Source of the DNA: Paramoeba atlantica | Taxonomy: Eukaryota; Protista; Discosea | Length of the DNA: 64,000 bases | Assembly: GCA_977017575.1 (NCBI GenBank) | Contig: CDRNVI010000154.1 | Location: 11,279-75,278 of the forward strand | Reading direction: 5' to 3' | Shown here: one piece after another, positions 24,290 through 36,209 of the stretch | Layout: the number at the start of each line of letters is the position of its first letter | Numbering within the stretch: the stretch's first letter is position 1 | Program-made: the position numbers and the translations under genes | Notes under the pieces: model-generated | What the model was told of the DNA's origin: nothing | Databases searched by the model: none | Seen by the model: only the letters and a program-made list of their open reading frames with translations

Positions 24290-24850
24290 TAAAAATGTGA
24301 TTTCTTATTTGGATAATTTTTTAGTTGCCTCTTGATTGTTTGATTCTCACTGCAAAAGTGTAAGAAAAGTAATTGAAGCATTGATAGAAGTGGGTTTTTG
24401 GATCAATTGTAAGAAATGTAAATTTTTGATGAAAAAATTGAAATTTATGGATCATTTAATTGATGATAAATCTTGCTCAATTAACAATTACAAAATTAAA
24501 ATGGCTGCCAAGATTGCTCATCCAGTTATTGGGAAACAAGTAGAACAAATGTTGGGTTTTTTCAATTTTTTGAGAGACTTTATTTTAAATTTTGCTTCAA
24601 TAGCAGCCCTATTGGAGAAGTTAAAAAAATTGAAAAAAATTACTTCTACTTGGGGGGAAGCTTTCCAGGATTTGAAATATGTGATAGAACATGTGCTTGT
24701 TCTATCTCAACTTAATTGGGAGTTGGAATTTTAGATGGCTTGTGATGCTTTACAAGAGGTTGTTGGTGTGGTTTTATACTAAGTGACTGAGGATGGTTCA
24801 AAGAAATATGTTATGCTATACTTAAAGACTTTAAAAAAAAAAACCCTTAT
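24290..24850 (+). pseudogene. Ty3/gypsy RT C-term/RNase H relic (probably the continuation of 21780-22430)
   Basis: INCKKCKF, VEQMLGFFNFLRDFILNFASIA, MACDA. Confidence 0.8.
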
Positions 24851-25270
24851 AAGTTATTTGAAGGGTTTTTTTTTGTTGTTATCTTCCTTTTCTCAAGTTT
24901 GCTGTGGTAGAAGACCACCCCATGGGGAGCTGAGCATATTTGCTGATAGCTCTCAGTTAACTCTATTTAATTATATTTTCTAGAAGCTCTGACTTGTCTT
25001 TCAGCAAAGTTGCTGGAGGAAACACTAATTCAACACTCTTATTTTTGAAAAAAGCAGTCCCAAGTATAAACCAAATGATTGCTAAGCTTTGGAAGTTGAT
25101 TGATATAAAGAATACCTCTCTTTCCACCTGTCTTGCTACCAAACTTAATCTGTCTCTCATCAAAGGAGTCAGAGTATACCCCCCTCTTCCCAGTAGGAGC
25201 CTTTACCTTCTTCAATGAGATCCCTACCTTTCCCAACTTTCTGAGAGCTATTGAAAGTCAAACCAATCTC

Positions 25271-25591
25271 TTTCTTTTTAACACTGGACTTTATTAGATG
25301 ATGGTCTAACCCAAAGCCACTAATTTTTTAAGGTTAAAAATAACAAGGATAAAGTTTTATTTCTTTAGATTTAAATGGTCCAAAGACCTTTAATTCACTC
25401 AAACTTCTTCTCAAGGAATTTATTCTCTACTTTTTAGCAGATAGAGTAGAGAATAACCTATTCTGTTTTTCATATTCAAGTGAGCAGGAAGAGAAAATAA
25501 TATTTTTAATATTTTCCTTTTTGGGATTTGAATCTGCAACCCCAAATTGAAGCAATAGCTGTTTTACCAACTAAGCCATCATACCACAATT
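25271..25591 (-). mobile_element. SINE2
   Basis: Full-length reverse copy with A box TGGCTTAGTTGG and B box AGATTCAAATCC. Confidence 0.88.
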
Positions 25592-25627
25592 AAGTTAAAC
25601 CAACCTCAAGGAAGATATTCTTATAAT

Positions 25628-26004
25628 GGATTGGTGTCTGTAGTTTAGTTGTAAATTCAACTATGTCCAACCTTAGAGGGGTGAGTTCAAATCCTAGTTT
25701 TTCAATATTTTAGAAAATTTTTCTGGTGCTGTAGAGTGATTGAATTGGAGTGAGGAGCTTTTGAAGAAGTGTGAAAATCAGAACAAGTTACATCTCAGCC
25801 CTGTCTGCTAAAAAGTTGAGGATAAATTCCCTTGGAAAGAGCTTTGGATTATTCTCCCTTTTGATGTGCATTCTCCAGCCTGAACTTGCAGAAGTTCTAA
25901 AGTTCAGTATAAAGATTGACTGAACTAAACTAAAGTTTAAAACTTCATCTTTTGTTAGAGGTTAAAAACAAACATAATTTAATGTAATTCAAATAGCTTA
26001 GATT
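25628..26004 (+). mobile_element. SINE1, 3' tail missing
   Basis: Head and body colinear with other copies; stops at ttagatt. Confidence 0.9.
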
Positions 26005-26895
26005 CACATAGGGGTGGGCTCCTGCACTTGCAGTTGGGGCAATTTGTGGGTTTGAATTGGGCTGCTGGAGAGGTTTCAATACCCTGAAAGTTAGCTGATG
26101 TTATTGCCACCTCAGCTCACAAACAGCCTCAACTTGACTTTCTTCCATTATCCAAACTTTCAACCATTGAAAAAAAACCAAGAAAAACATCAACTGTTGA
26201 AAAAATAACTTTGATGGTCAAAAAAAACATCAAAAATTTCGATTATTGAAAGAAAAAAGTCAATCAAAATTTTGACCATCAAAAAAATAATTTCAACAGT
26301 CAAAAATCAACCATCAAAAAAAAATCAATCATTAAAAAAAAAGCACTTTTTTTTTGTGTTTTTTTTTCAACCATTGAAAAACAAAGCTGCTACTGGTTTT
26401 TTGTTTTGTTTTTCCTCTCTGGAACTGAAAGAAAGGTTGAAAAGAGTGTTTGAGAGTGAGTTTTGAGGTGTTTTTTAAAGAAAAAAAAAAGAATTTGTTT
26501 CTCTTTTCACTTTTTTATTATCAAATGAATTTACAGTAAGAAATCTCTTTCTGTTTGGATCAATCAACAAAACAGGTTCTTTTTTTTCCTTCCATAACAT
26601 CATCATCTTCAACTTCAACACACAACCTTTTCTTTCAAATTAAACAATCCAATCATCAAAAGAATAATAAATATACACTTTTTTTCCTTTTTCCTTTTCT
26701 TTTTTGTTTTATTTCTTTAACTTTCACCATTTTCATTCAACCAAAAAACAAACAAATCAAAAGAGAGACCACAAAAGTGAACACATGAATATGATGTTAG
26801 ATTTTTTTTTTGAAGATTCAAAAGGAATATCTGAAGTCACTTCAACCCCAAAAAATGCCATGATTGCAAGTGCAACTTGAGCTCACCCCCATGTG

Positions 26896-26942
26896 TAAGA
26901 ACTACTAATTGAATAAAGTTTGTTTTAAAAAGAAAAAAAAAA
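26896..26942 (+). mobile_element. SINE1 3' stub
   Basis: taagaactactaattgaataaagt + A tail. Confidence 0.75.
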
Positions 26943-26964
26943 GATATTCTTATAATTTAAACTA

Positions 26965-27595
26965 TTATTGAAGAGAAGGGGAACTTGATTGCCAACCAGC
27001 TTGAGAGTTTCTGTATCTGGAGAGTCAATCATAATGCCCATTTGTGGGGAATCAAAATTAAACTCCTCTTTCAAGTCTTAGAGAATGAGTGGATTTACAA
27101 TTTATTCAATGGAAAGAACCACCTTCCCTCTCTCAATTTCAAAGAAGTGGTACAAGTCTCTGATGATTGTATTATCATCTTTTACAAGTCCATTCCTCTT
27201 TCTCTAGTCCACCTTATTGCCAAGACCAAAGAATTCATCTGAATCAACTTCTCTATTAAAGTCAAATATTCTATTTGGATACCAACCAAACCATACCACC
27301 TCTTCATTGAGTGCCCCCTCTGTGGGGTGAACTATCTTACAAGCCTTACTTGCATTGTGGAGATCATTTGGAAACAAGGAAAATTTGAGAAAGACCAAAT
27401 CATAATCACAAACACAAAAAAGTATAAAGGAATGAAATTTATTTACATAAAAGAAACACCAACTGAAGAACATGTCCTTAAGAAAAAAGATAAAATTGCT
27501 GAAACAGAGAGGGAGGAGGAAGGAATGAGCAATGGCTCTGAAATACAAGGTAAGAATGAATGAGAAAAGAGAAAAGTGAATGAACAAAAAAGAAG
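26965..27595 (+). pseudogene. LINE-B ORF1 fragment (target of copia-1; continues ~41894-43205)
   Basis: HLWGIKIK..., KEVVQVSDDCIIIFYKSIPL is homologous to LINE-A ORF1 REVVQISDDCIVIFYDVIPL. Confidence 0.8.
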
Positions 27596-28129
27596 TGTGT
27601 AGCCAAGGGGAAGAGGGAGAAGGACAAGAAAACACAACAGAAAGGAACTGAAGAGAATGATTTATTTGTATCAACAAACAGAAAAGGGGGAACAAATGAT
27701 TTGTGACAGCAGAGAAAAAGGGGGGAAAACAACACAAAGCAAAAGAGAGAAAGACAGTGAAAATGGCATGAAAAGAGCGTTTTAGTGGCAGATAACTGCA
27801 ATAGAATGTAGGTGGATCATTCATAAATCAACATCCTGAAAAGCACAGAGAAAAGGAAAAAGACAGGAGAAAAGAGAGGGGAGGAAAAGTGAGAAAAGAG
27901 AAAAAGAAAAGGGAAAGGAAGGAAAGAGGAAAGAAAGAGAAGGAGGGAGGAAGGATGAGAGAAGAGGAAGGGAAAGAAGAGAGAGAGAGAGAAAAGAGAA
28001 GAAGAAAAAGAGAGGGAAGAGAGAGAGTGTCAATCGGGGAGAACAGGGAGAGAGAGATCAGTTGTTTGGCAAAAGAGGGAGTGAGAATGGCTCCAAATGG
28101 AAAACACAAGAGCTGACAGGATCGTAACA
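27596..28129 (-). repeat. Copia-1 3' LTR
   Basis: tgtgtagcc...cgtaaca, adjacent to the PPT (ggggagggtg on minus). Confidence 0.92.
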
Positions 28130-28149
28130 CACCCTCCCCAATTTGGAGC

Positions 28150-31100
28150 CATTTGAACAACAAGCAGCACTGTTCAAATGAGAACAAAATGCAAAAGCAA
28201 GGAACAAAACAGATCAAGGAGCAGAAGTGGGAATGGGGGCCACAAAGCTTTCTCTAAAGGGGATAAATTTTGCTGGAGGCAAAGGTTTTGTGAATATATC
28301 AGCAATATTTTCAGCAGATGGGGTTCGGTCAATTTTATGGACTTTATCATCAATGGCATCATGAATGAAATGGTCATGAACATCAAAATGTTTGTTGTCT
28401 TGGGTTACTCTAGGAATTTCAGCAATGGCAGTTGCAGGTTTGGAATCAACTCACATAGGGATAACATCATTGGATGGTAATTCAAGGTCTTTCAATAGGT
28501 TTCTTGCAAATTTGATTTCCCAGGCACATTCACTCATAGCATGGTATTCAGCTTCGCAACTTGATAAGCAAACTTGTGGGGATTTCTTGGAGTGCCAAGA
28601 GAGGGGTCTTCCATTGGCTCTAAGAGTGTATCCATAGGAGGATTTTCGATCATCAAGGCAATCAGCATTGCTCAAGTCAGCATAGGCATCTACAAATAAT
28701 TTTTCTTTGTTGAAATGAGATTTAGGGAAACACAGACCAAGATTTGGATTTTTCTTCAAATATCCAAAGACTTTCAAAGCAGCTTTATCATGACACTGAG
28801 CATGGTTGTGAAGGTAGCGAGAGCATTGTGAGACAGCAAAGGATATTTCAGGTCTAGTTTTTGTCAGCCAATTTAAAGATCCAACAAGGCTTGAGTAAGG
28901 AAAATCAGTAATTGGTTCATCTTCAGTCAGGACAGATAGGAGCTTAGTATTTGCAGGCACATTGGAGAGCTTGACATCATATTTCTCAAAGGATTTCAGC
29001 ACAGTTTCGAGGTAGGCACATTGATCAACAGTTATTTCATTAGCATTTTGTTTCACAGTGCATCCAAGGAACCAAGAGCATTTACCATCATTTTTCCACT
29101 TGAAACAATCATACAATTTTGTGTGGATTTCTTCTCTTAATGCATCAGAGGAGCATACATCAAGGGTATCATCAACAACAGTCAGAAATAGGCAGAAATT
29201 ACCATCATCATCATGTTGGATGTAGAGATTGGGGTTTGGTTTACTGCATTTGAATCCTAATTCTTCCACAAGGAATTTTCGAAAGGTCAAATTCCATCTT
29301 TGTCCAGCAATTGGCACTCCATACAAGGCTTTGTTCAACATGCAAACCCAGTCAGGATGAGCAGGGTCTTTAAATCCTTCTGGTTGCTCCACATAATAAA
29401 CAATATTTCCTTTTGGCATTTCTGATTGAAGATAGGCACCAGGGACATCACCAGAGTCAACTTCAAGGCCATACATTGCAGCAACTGCATAGGTTAGATT
29501 AAGAGAGGTGGATGTTGCAGATCCAGAGTAATTGTCTTCAAAGCCAAGTTCAGGGTTAGAATTCAATTTCTTTGTCACACCACTTCCATCAGCACAATAA
29601 CGAGCCTTGTAACTTTTGATTTTTCCATCCTCAGTTTTAATTCAAAAGCGCCAAATACCTCTCATAATTATGTGTTTCTTTCCATCTTGGTTTGGTTTTG
29701 GGTGGGGGACAAGCATTCAAGTCTTATTTTCATGGTGAGCAGCAATTTCACAGCAACAGGCTTCAATCCATTCATTTCTTTGTTCACTTCTTTGTGCTTG
29801 GTAGAACGAGTGAGGTGTTTTCTTGTTCAAGATAACAGTGTTAGCAAACATTGCATGGTGAAGATGAGAGAGGAAATTGTGTCCATGTAGATGGTCAGGA
29901 GTGAGATTTGGATCCATCAAAGGGTGATGTGTGGGTGGAGCAGCAATTTTACCAGATTGACAGGGTTGTGGTTCTTCTTTTACAGATTCATGTTCATTCT
30001 CAGAATTAGAATTTGAGTTATCTTTTGAATCAGATTCAATATCAGGTTCAGATTCAGGTTCAGGGTCATTAAAAAGAGTTCTACAAGCAGTGCTAGAGCG
30101 AGCACTTGATTGGGACAGAGGATCAAGGCATTTGTTTGCTCGTAGAGGCGCTCTTTGAGTCTTCAAAGGGGTGCTCAGAGAGTTTGGGTCAGTTCTATAT
30201 GGAGAAAGATTGATAACTACATCATCAGTTTCTTCAACATTGGAGGATTCAATTAATTCTTCTTTTTCCTTTTCAATTGGTTCAAGGTTAATATTCATTA
30301 ACTTTAGAATTTCTTCATCCTCAGGAATAGGTTTTTCATTTTCAATATCATCAGATAAATGCACATTGGAATGTCTTCTCAGAGATTCAGATATTGGCAA
30401 GATATCCTGCGAGCCAGCTTCAATTTGCTCTCCATTTGGACTAATAGTTTCCACAAATTCATCATCAGATATAGTGAGTTCTTCCCAGGAGTTTGGGACA
30501 GATTCAGGGGGTTCAATAAAATTTTCTTCATCATAAAAATCAAAATCATTCACTTTGTGACTTGTGACATCATCACTATCATCTAAACTTGTTTTGTTTT
30601 CGCCTTCCACATAATATCTTGGCAATCTTCCCAGGGCACTTCTCTTCTTCAATTCAGGGATCCCAAAAGCATATTCATCAAATAAGATGCTCGAGCTTTG
30701 GACAGTTTTCTGTTGGATTGGGTCAAATAGCAAAAATCCATGCATATTGTCAGCAGGTCCCAAATTAATTCCAGCTCTTGAAACAGGATCAGTTTTGGAG
30801 CGGATTTCTTGAGGAATATGAGCAAAAGCGTGGCAGCCAAAGGTTCTAATTAAATCCATTGAGGGTTTTCTCTCATACAATTTTTCAAGAGGAGTAATCT
30901 TCTCACCTTCTTTCACAGTCATAGAGATTAATTTTGCAGCCATTCTTTCAGAAAATTTCCAAAAATTAGCAGGTAATCCAGCAGCCAGACGAATCACTTG
31001 AGCAGTACTCCATCGGATATAATTTCCTCTTTCAGCAACACCATTTTCTTGAGGGCAGCAAGGGCTGGAATGGCGGATTTCTATTCCTTTCTTGCGACAG

Positions 31101-32221
31101 TATATATTGAGAGAGGTTTCTTGTTCAATAAATTCAGAGGCTCCATCACATTGTAAAATCTTCACTTTCACACCAGCTTGTCTCTCCAATTTTTGAATTA
31201 CATCAATTATCTTATTGCCAGCATCAGATTTTCTTTTAATAAATTGAGATAAATCACAGCCAGAGTAGTCTTCAATAATCGAGATCAAGTATTTGTTGTT
31301 ATGGTAAGAGAGAGTAGATTTTTCATGCAAATCAATGTGTAACATCTCACCACAGCATCGAAAAGTGCAGCAACCACTATGATGAGGTCTCATCTTGTTC
31401 TTCACAAAAATACAGGCATCACAAACTTGGTCAGGATCAGCAATTAGGTCTTTGTAGTTGGGAGGCAGCCCATGAATGGCTTTTGCACCAATTGTTCTAC
31501 ACAAACCGGAAAGATGGCCATGTCTTTGATGCCATAACTTCAATTCTTTTTCACGTTCAGGATTCAAGGTTTGATGAACTCTCTTCTTTGATCCAGTTTC
31601 ATCAGGAGCAATGTATTCATCTGCATCAGCTTCTTTGATTACTTTTTGAGTACAATAAACATGGTTCATATTAGAGAGTGGCAAGTGATAAAGTCCATTT
31701 CTTTGGCTTCCAGATAAAATTGTTTCAGCTTCAGAAAGTGGAATTTTCTTTCTTGTCACTTTGACACCATTCTTGTCAAAAATAATCAAGGCATTCCAAG
31801 TCTCACACATTTGAGATACAGAGAGCAAGTTCAGGGTACAATCTGGCACAACAGAAATATTCTTGAGAAGTTTCATATCTTTTGCTAAATTTAAATCACT
31901 TTGAAGGACAACTTGGATCAAATCACTGTTGGCTTGCAAGATTTCGAGAATTTCATCAGGTTTACAGGTGTTCACAAGGTATTCTCTTGATTTCAGAATA
32001 GAGGTTGTGCATTCAGAATCAATAATTGCTTCATTATCTGAGAAGAGTTGAAGTCTTTTTGTTTCAGGGGCAGAGAAAGATTTTAAAACAAACAAAAAGC
32101 ACACAGAAAACCCTTTATTGGTCATTTTAACTTTCCATTCTTCAAACTGTTGTTGGAATTCAAGGAACTCATGAAAAGCAATTTCACCAGCTGGTGCCTT
32201 AGAAAGAAAGCATTTTCGCAC
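28150..32221 (-). pseudogene. pol: Copia-1 pol (protease, GAG-pre-integrase, integrase, RT, RNase H), frameshifted
   Basis: IIDSECT, LWHQRHGH, CDAC, LHIDL, QCDGASEF, PQENGVAER, LNKALYG, TVVDD, SSCEAEY. Confidence 0.95.
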
Positions 32222-33268
32222 TGTATGATATCCAAGACCACAATTAAAACATTTGTATGGTCTCTTTGGCAGTTCTTCCCAACCAGGTCGAGTTCAAAGA
32301 GCAGAGTATGGATTTTGACGATACTGAGGAGCATAGGATTGTTGATTTCACTGATAAAGTGTATTTTGATTGTATTGTGGAGGAATATTAGGTGGGGCTG
32401 GGGATTGAGTAGGGGGTTGGATAGGCAATTGGAACAGGACAGGGGAAGGAGAGGGAACAGGAGTGGGAGAGGGAGAAGGAGAGAATGGAGGTGCTGGAGA
32501 AGGAAAAGATGCAGGAACTTGAATAGATGGAGAATAAGAGGATGAGGAAACAGGTGCTGGGCTGGCAAATGCTTGATGAGCAACATTAGCCAAGTGGCTT
32601 TTGTTCATTATTTCTTTCATCACTTTTTTTTTCTCAACTAGATCTTTTTTCGTCCATTTGAAATCCCAATTCTTCCCTTCTGCAGTTTGTCAGATTGTCA
32701 GAATGGTTTGGGCCCATGTTTGACTTTCAATTCTGTGTAGAAGAGTGGTTACTTTTTCTTCATTTGAGATTTCAACACCACTGTTTTCACACATCAATAT
32801 TATTAATGATATGTGGGTGGTCATCTGCTTAAAGGATTCGCCTTGCAATCTTTGAAAAGCATCAAATTCTTTCCTCAGCACCTTCTTCTTCTCATCCTCA
32901 TCCACCAAATACATTTCTCTTAAGAACTTGATTAAAGTATATGGTTTTCCAAGAAATCTCATATTTTGTGTCACCTGCTTCAGGTTCAGTTGTAAGCAGT
33001 TTCGGATGAGTTGTGCAACTTGGAGGTGATTGGTTTTCTGATTCTCAACTCTTATCAATGATTTCTCAGGGATTACTCCTTCATTAGCTTGTGCAGTGGG
33101 TACTTCAGCAACATCATCAATAGTCAAATGATGATCAAGTTTTAACACGTAAAGGTGACTGTTGAGTGAATTGAACCAAGATTTAAAATCTGTTGCATTA
33201 AACTTCTTCTTAAATTGCCCAAACTGGATGTTCTGGGAAATGTCAGGTTCGTAATCAGGGAAGGCCAT
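32222..33268 (-). pseudogene. gag: Copia-1 gag
   Basis: Copia gag N-terminus (FKSWFNSLNSHLYVLKL) and zinc knuckle CFNCGLGYHTVRKC. Confidence 0.85.
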
Positions 33269-33376
33269 TTGATATTGTGGATCAAGGGATACAAATAAAA
33301 CAAAAACAAAAACAAAATAAGAAAGGGGTACAATGGGAGAGTAGACCTCTTCCTTGCTAACAACTTCACCCAGGGC

Positions 33377-33396
33377 AGAGCCCTAGACTCTTAATT
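33377..33396 (-). other. Copia-1 primer-binding site, complementary to the 5' half of tRNA-Lys(CUU)
   Basis: Plus strand AGAGC-C-CTAGA-CT-CTT-AA-T immediately inside the 5' LTR. Confidence 0.75.
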
Positions 33397-34818
33397 TGTG
33401 TGGCCAAGGGGAAGAGGGAGAAGGACAAGAAAACACAACAGAAAGGAACTGAAGAAAATGATTTATTTGTATCAACAAACAGAAAAGGGGGAACAAATGA
33501 TTTGTGACAGCAGAGAAAAAGGGGGGAAAACAACACAAAACAAAGGAGAGAAAGACAGTGAAAACAGTGTGAAAAGAGCATTTTAGTGGGAGATAACTGC
33601 AATAGAATGCAGGTGGATCATTCATGAATCAACATCCCAAAAAGCACAGAGAAAAGGAAAAAGACAGGAGAAAAGAGAGGGGATGTCAAGTGGTGGGGTT
33701 TGGTGGAAGAAGATTGCTGAGAAAAGAAAAGAAAGGTGCAAACTTCATTCCATGGCGAGAGCCAGGAACGTGAAAAAACAAAGTCTCTCACGTGTTTATT
33801 TACGAACAGGTTTCAAGCACATATTTAACAATGTGACACCAAGTGCAAAAACAGAGAAACACACACAAATAAAAGCACACGTAAGAGACACAAAGACACA
33901 ACAAGTTTAAGGAAGGGAACAACAGATGACGTCAGCACAAATAAATTCATGGGCTGAAAGATCAGAATATGGAGAATAAACTATGCAATCAAATTGGGTC
34001 TGAAATAGGGCAAAGGTATTCTTGAAGGCACAATTCAATGATTGATCAATATCTCGGTGTGTAGTTGTCAGATTCAGATGGGACTAGCACCATTCGAAAG
34101 AGGAAGATGAGGCGCTTCAGGATAGCACAACTCGTGATCATAGAATTCACAAATGATGTTCTCCATTAAGTCAAACATTCTTCAAACCAAGAATACTGAT
34201 ATTCTAACACTCCCTTTCATCATGAAGTTAATTTGCAGAGCAATGGGGACGAATAAGATTATTCCGGTGAGGTGTAAACACATTGGGTCCAAGGGGTTTT
34301 GTAAAAATATCAGCAAGGTTATCTTTAGTGGGCACATAATCCAATTCAATCAAGCCATCTTGCAACACTTTTCTTGTGTAGTGATCAAAGGCTTCAATTT
34401 GCTTAGTTCTTTGGTTTACATGGGGAATCTTTGCAATAGCCATCGCAGGTTCAGAATCGGATTGGAGCAAGAAAGGTCTTTTGTACGGGATGCACAACTC
34501 AGAGAGAATGTTATCAACAAATTTCAATTCACGGGATGCTTCAGCAAGGGCATGGTATTCAGATTCACAACTGGACCAACAAACTTGAGGAGATTTCTTG
34601 GAATGCCAGGAAATGGGGGAACCATTTGCAAAGATAGCAAAACCGTAAGATGAGGATCTGTCTTCTGTAACATCTTGATGGCTTGAGTCAGCTTGGGCAG
34701 AAATCACAAGTTCTTTAGTCTCAGATTTGGATTTGGGGAACACCAATTCATAATCAGGATATTTGGCAAGATAACCGAGAATTCACAGAGCAGCTTTGTC
34801 ATGATCTTCAGTGTGGGT

Positions 34819-35247
34819 GGGTTGGTGCCCGTAGTTTAGTCGTAAATTCGACTATGTCCAACCCCGGGGGGGTGAGTTCAAATCCCAGTTTTTCGATATT
34901 ATAGAAAATTTTTTTGGTGCTGTAGAGTGATTTGATTGGAGTGAGGAGCTCTTGAAGAAGTGTGAAAATCGGAACAGATTACATCTCAGCCCTGTCTGCT
35001 AAAAAGTTGAGGATAAATTCCCTTGGAAGGAGCTTTGGATTATTCTCCCTTCTGATGTGCATCCTCCAGCCTGAACTTGCAGAAGTTCTAAAGTTCAGCA
35101 TAAAGACCAACTGAACTAAGCTGAAGTTTAAAACTTCACCTCTCGTTAGAGGTTAAAAACAAACATAATTTAATGTAATTCAAATGGCTTAGATTAAGAA
35201 CTACTAATTGAATAAAATCTGCCTCAAAAAAAAAAAAAAAAAAAAAA
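34819..35247 (+). mobile_element. SINE1 in copia-2 RT
   Basis: 18-bp TSD atgatcttcagtgtgggt. Confidence 0.97.
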
Positions 35248-35782
35248 ATGATCTTCAGTGTGGGTATTCAAGAAGCGAGAGCATTGGGAAACAGCATATG
35301 AAATATCAGGGCGAGTTTTCGTCAACCAAATTAGAGAACCAACAAGACTTGCATAGGGAAAATCAGTAGGAGGTTCGTCAGGCTTAGGCATAGGCAGAAC
35401 TTTACTCACAGCAGGAGTATCACTCTTTCTTATTTTGTGGCAGTCAAAACTCTCCAATAAATTGTTGAGGAAGGCACGCTGATTGAAAGAAATTTCTTTG
35501 TGATTTTGTTTCACACCACAACCAAGGAACCAGGAGCATTTTCCACTAGGCTTCCACTTGAATCTTTCAATCAGTTTGGAGTAAATCTCTTCACGGAGCT
35601 TTGGACAAGTACAAACATCCAAATTGTCATCAACAACAGTTGGGAATAAACAGAAGTTTCTGTCAGGTTCAACACGAATGTAGAGATTGGGATCAGCAGT
35701 CAGACAATGGAATTGCAGCTCTTCAATAAGAAATTTTCAAAAAGTCAGATTCCAACATTGTCCAGCAATTGGCACACCATAG

Positions 35783-36209
35783 TTTTTTTTTTTTTTCTTT
35801 TTGAGGCAGACTTTATTCAATTAGTAGTTCTTAATCTAAGCCATTTGAATTACATTAAATTATGTTTGTTTTTAACCTCTAACGAGAGGTGAAGCTTTAA
35901 ACTTCAGCTTAGTTCAGTCAGTCTTTATGTTGAACTTTAGAACTTCTGCAAGTTCAGGCTGGAGGATGCACATCAGAAGGGAGAATAATCCAAAGCTCCT
36001 TCCAAGGGAATTTATCCTCAACTTTTTAGCAGACAGGGCTGAGATGTAACCTGTTCTGATTTTCACACTTCTTCAAGAGCTCCTCACTCCAATCAAATCA
36101 CTCTACAGCACCAGAAAAATTTTCCATAATATCGAAAAACTGGGATTTGAACTTGCCCCCCAGGGTTGGACATAGTCGAATTTACGACTAAACTACGGGC
36201 GCCAACCCT
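35783..36209 (-). mobile_element. SINE1 in copia-2 RT
   Basis: 16-bp TSD aattggcacaccatag; CpG-rich head intact. Confidence 0.97.

Noticed and set aside
34819-34890. tRNA genes at SINE heads
   Set aside because: A and B boxes are present, but there is no complete cloverleaf or anticodon arm, and each is part of a TSD-flanked SINE.
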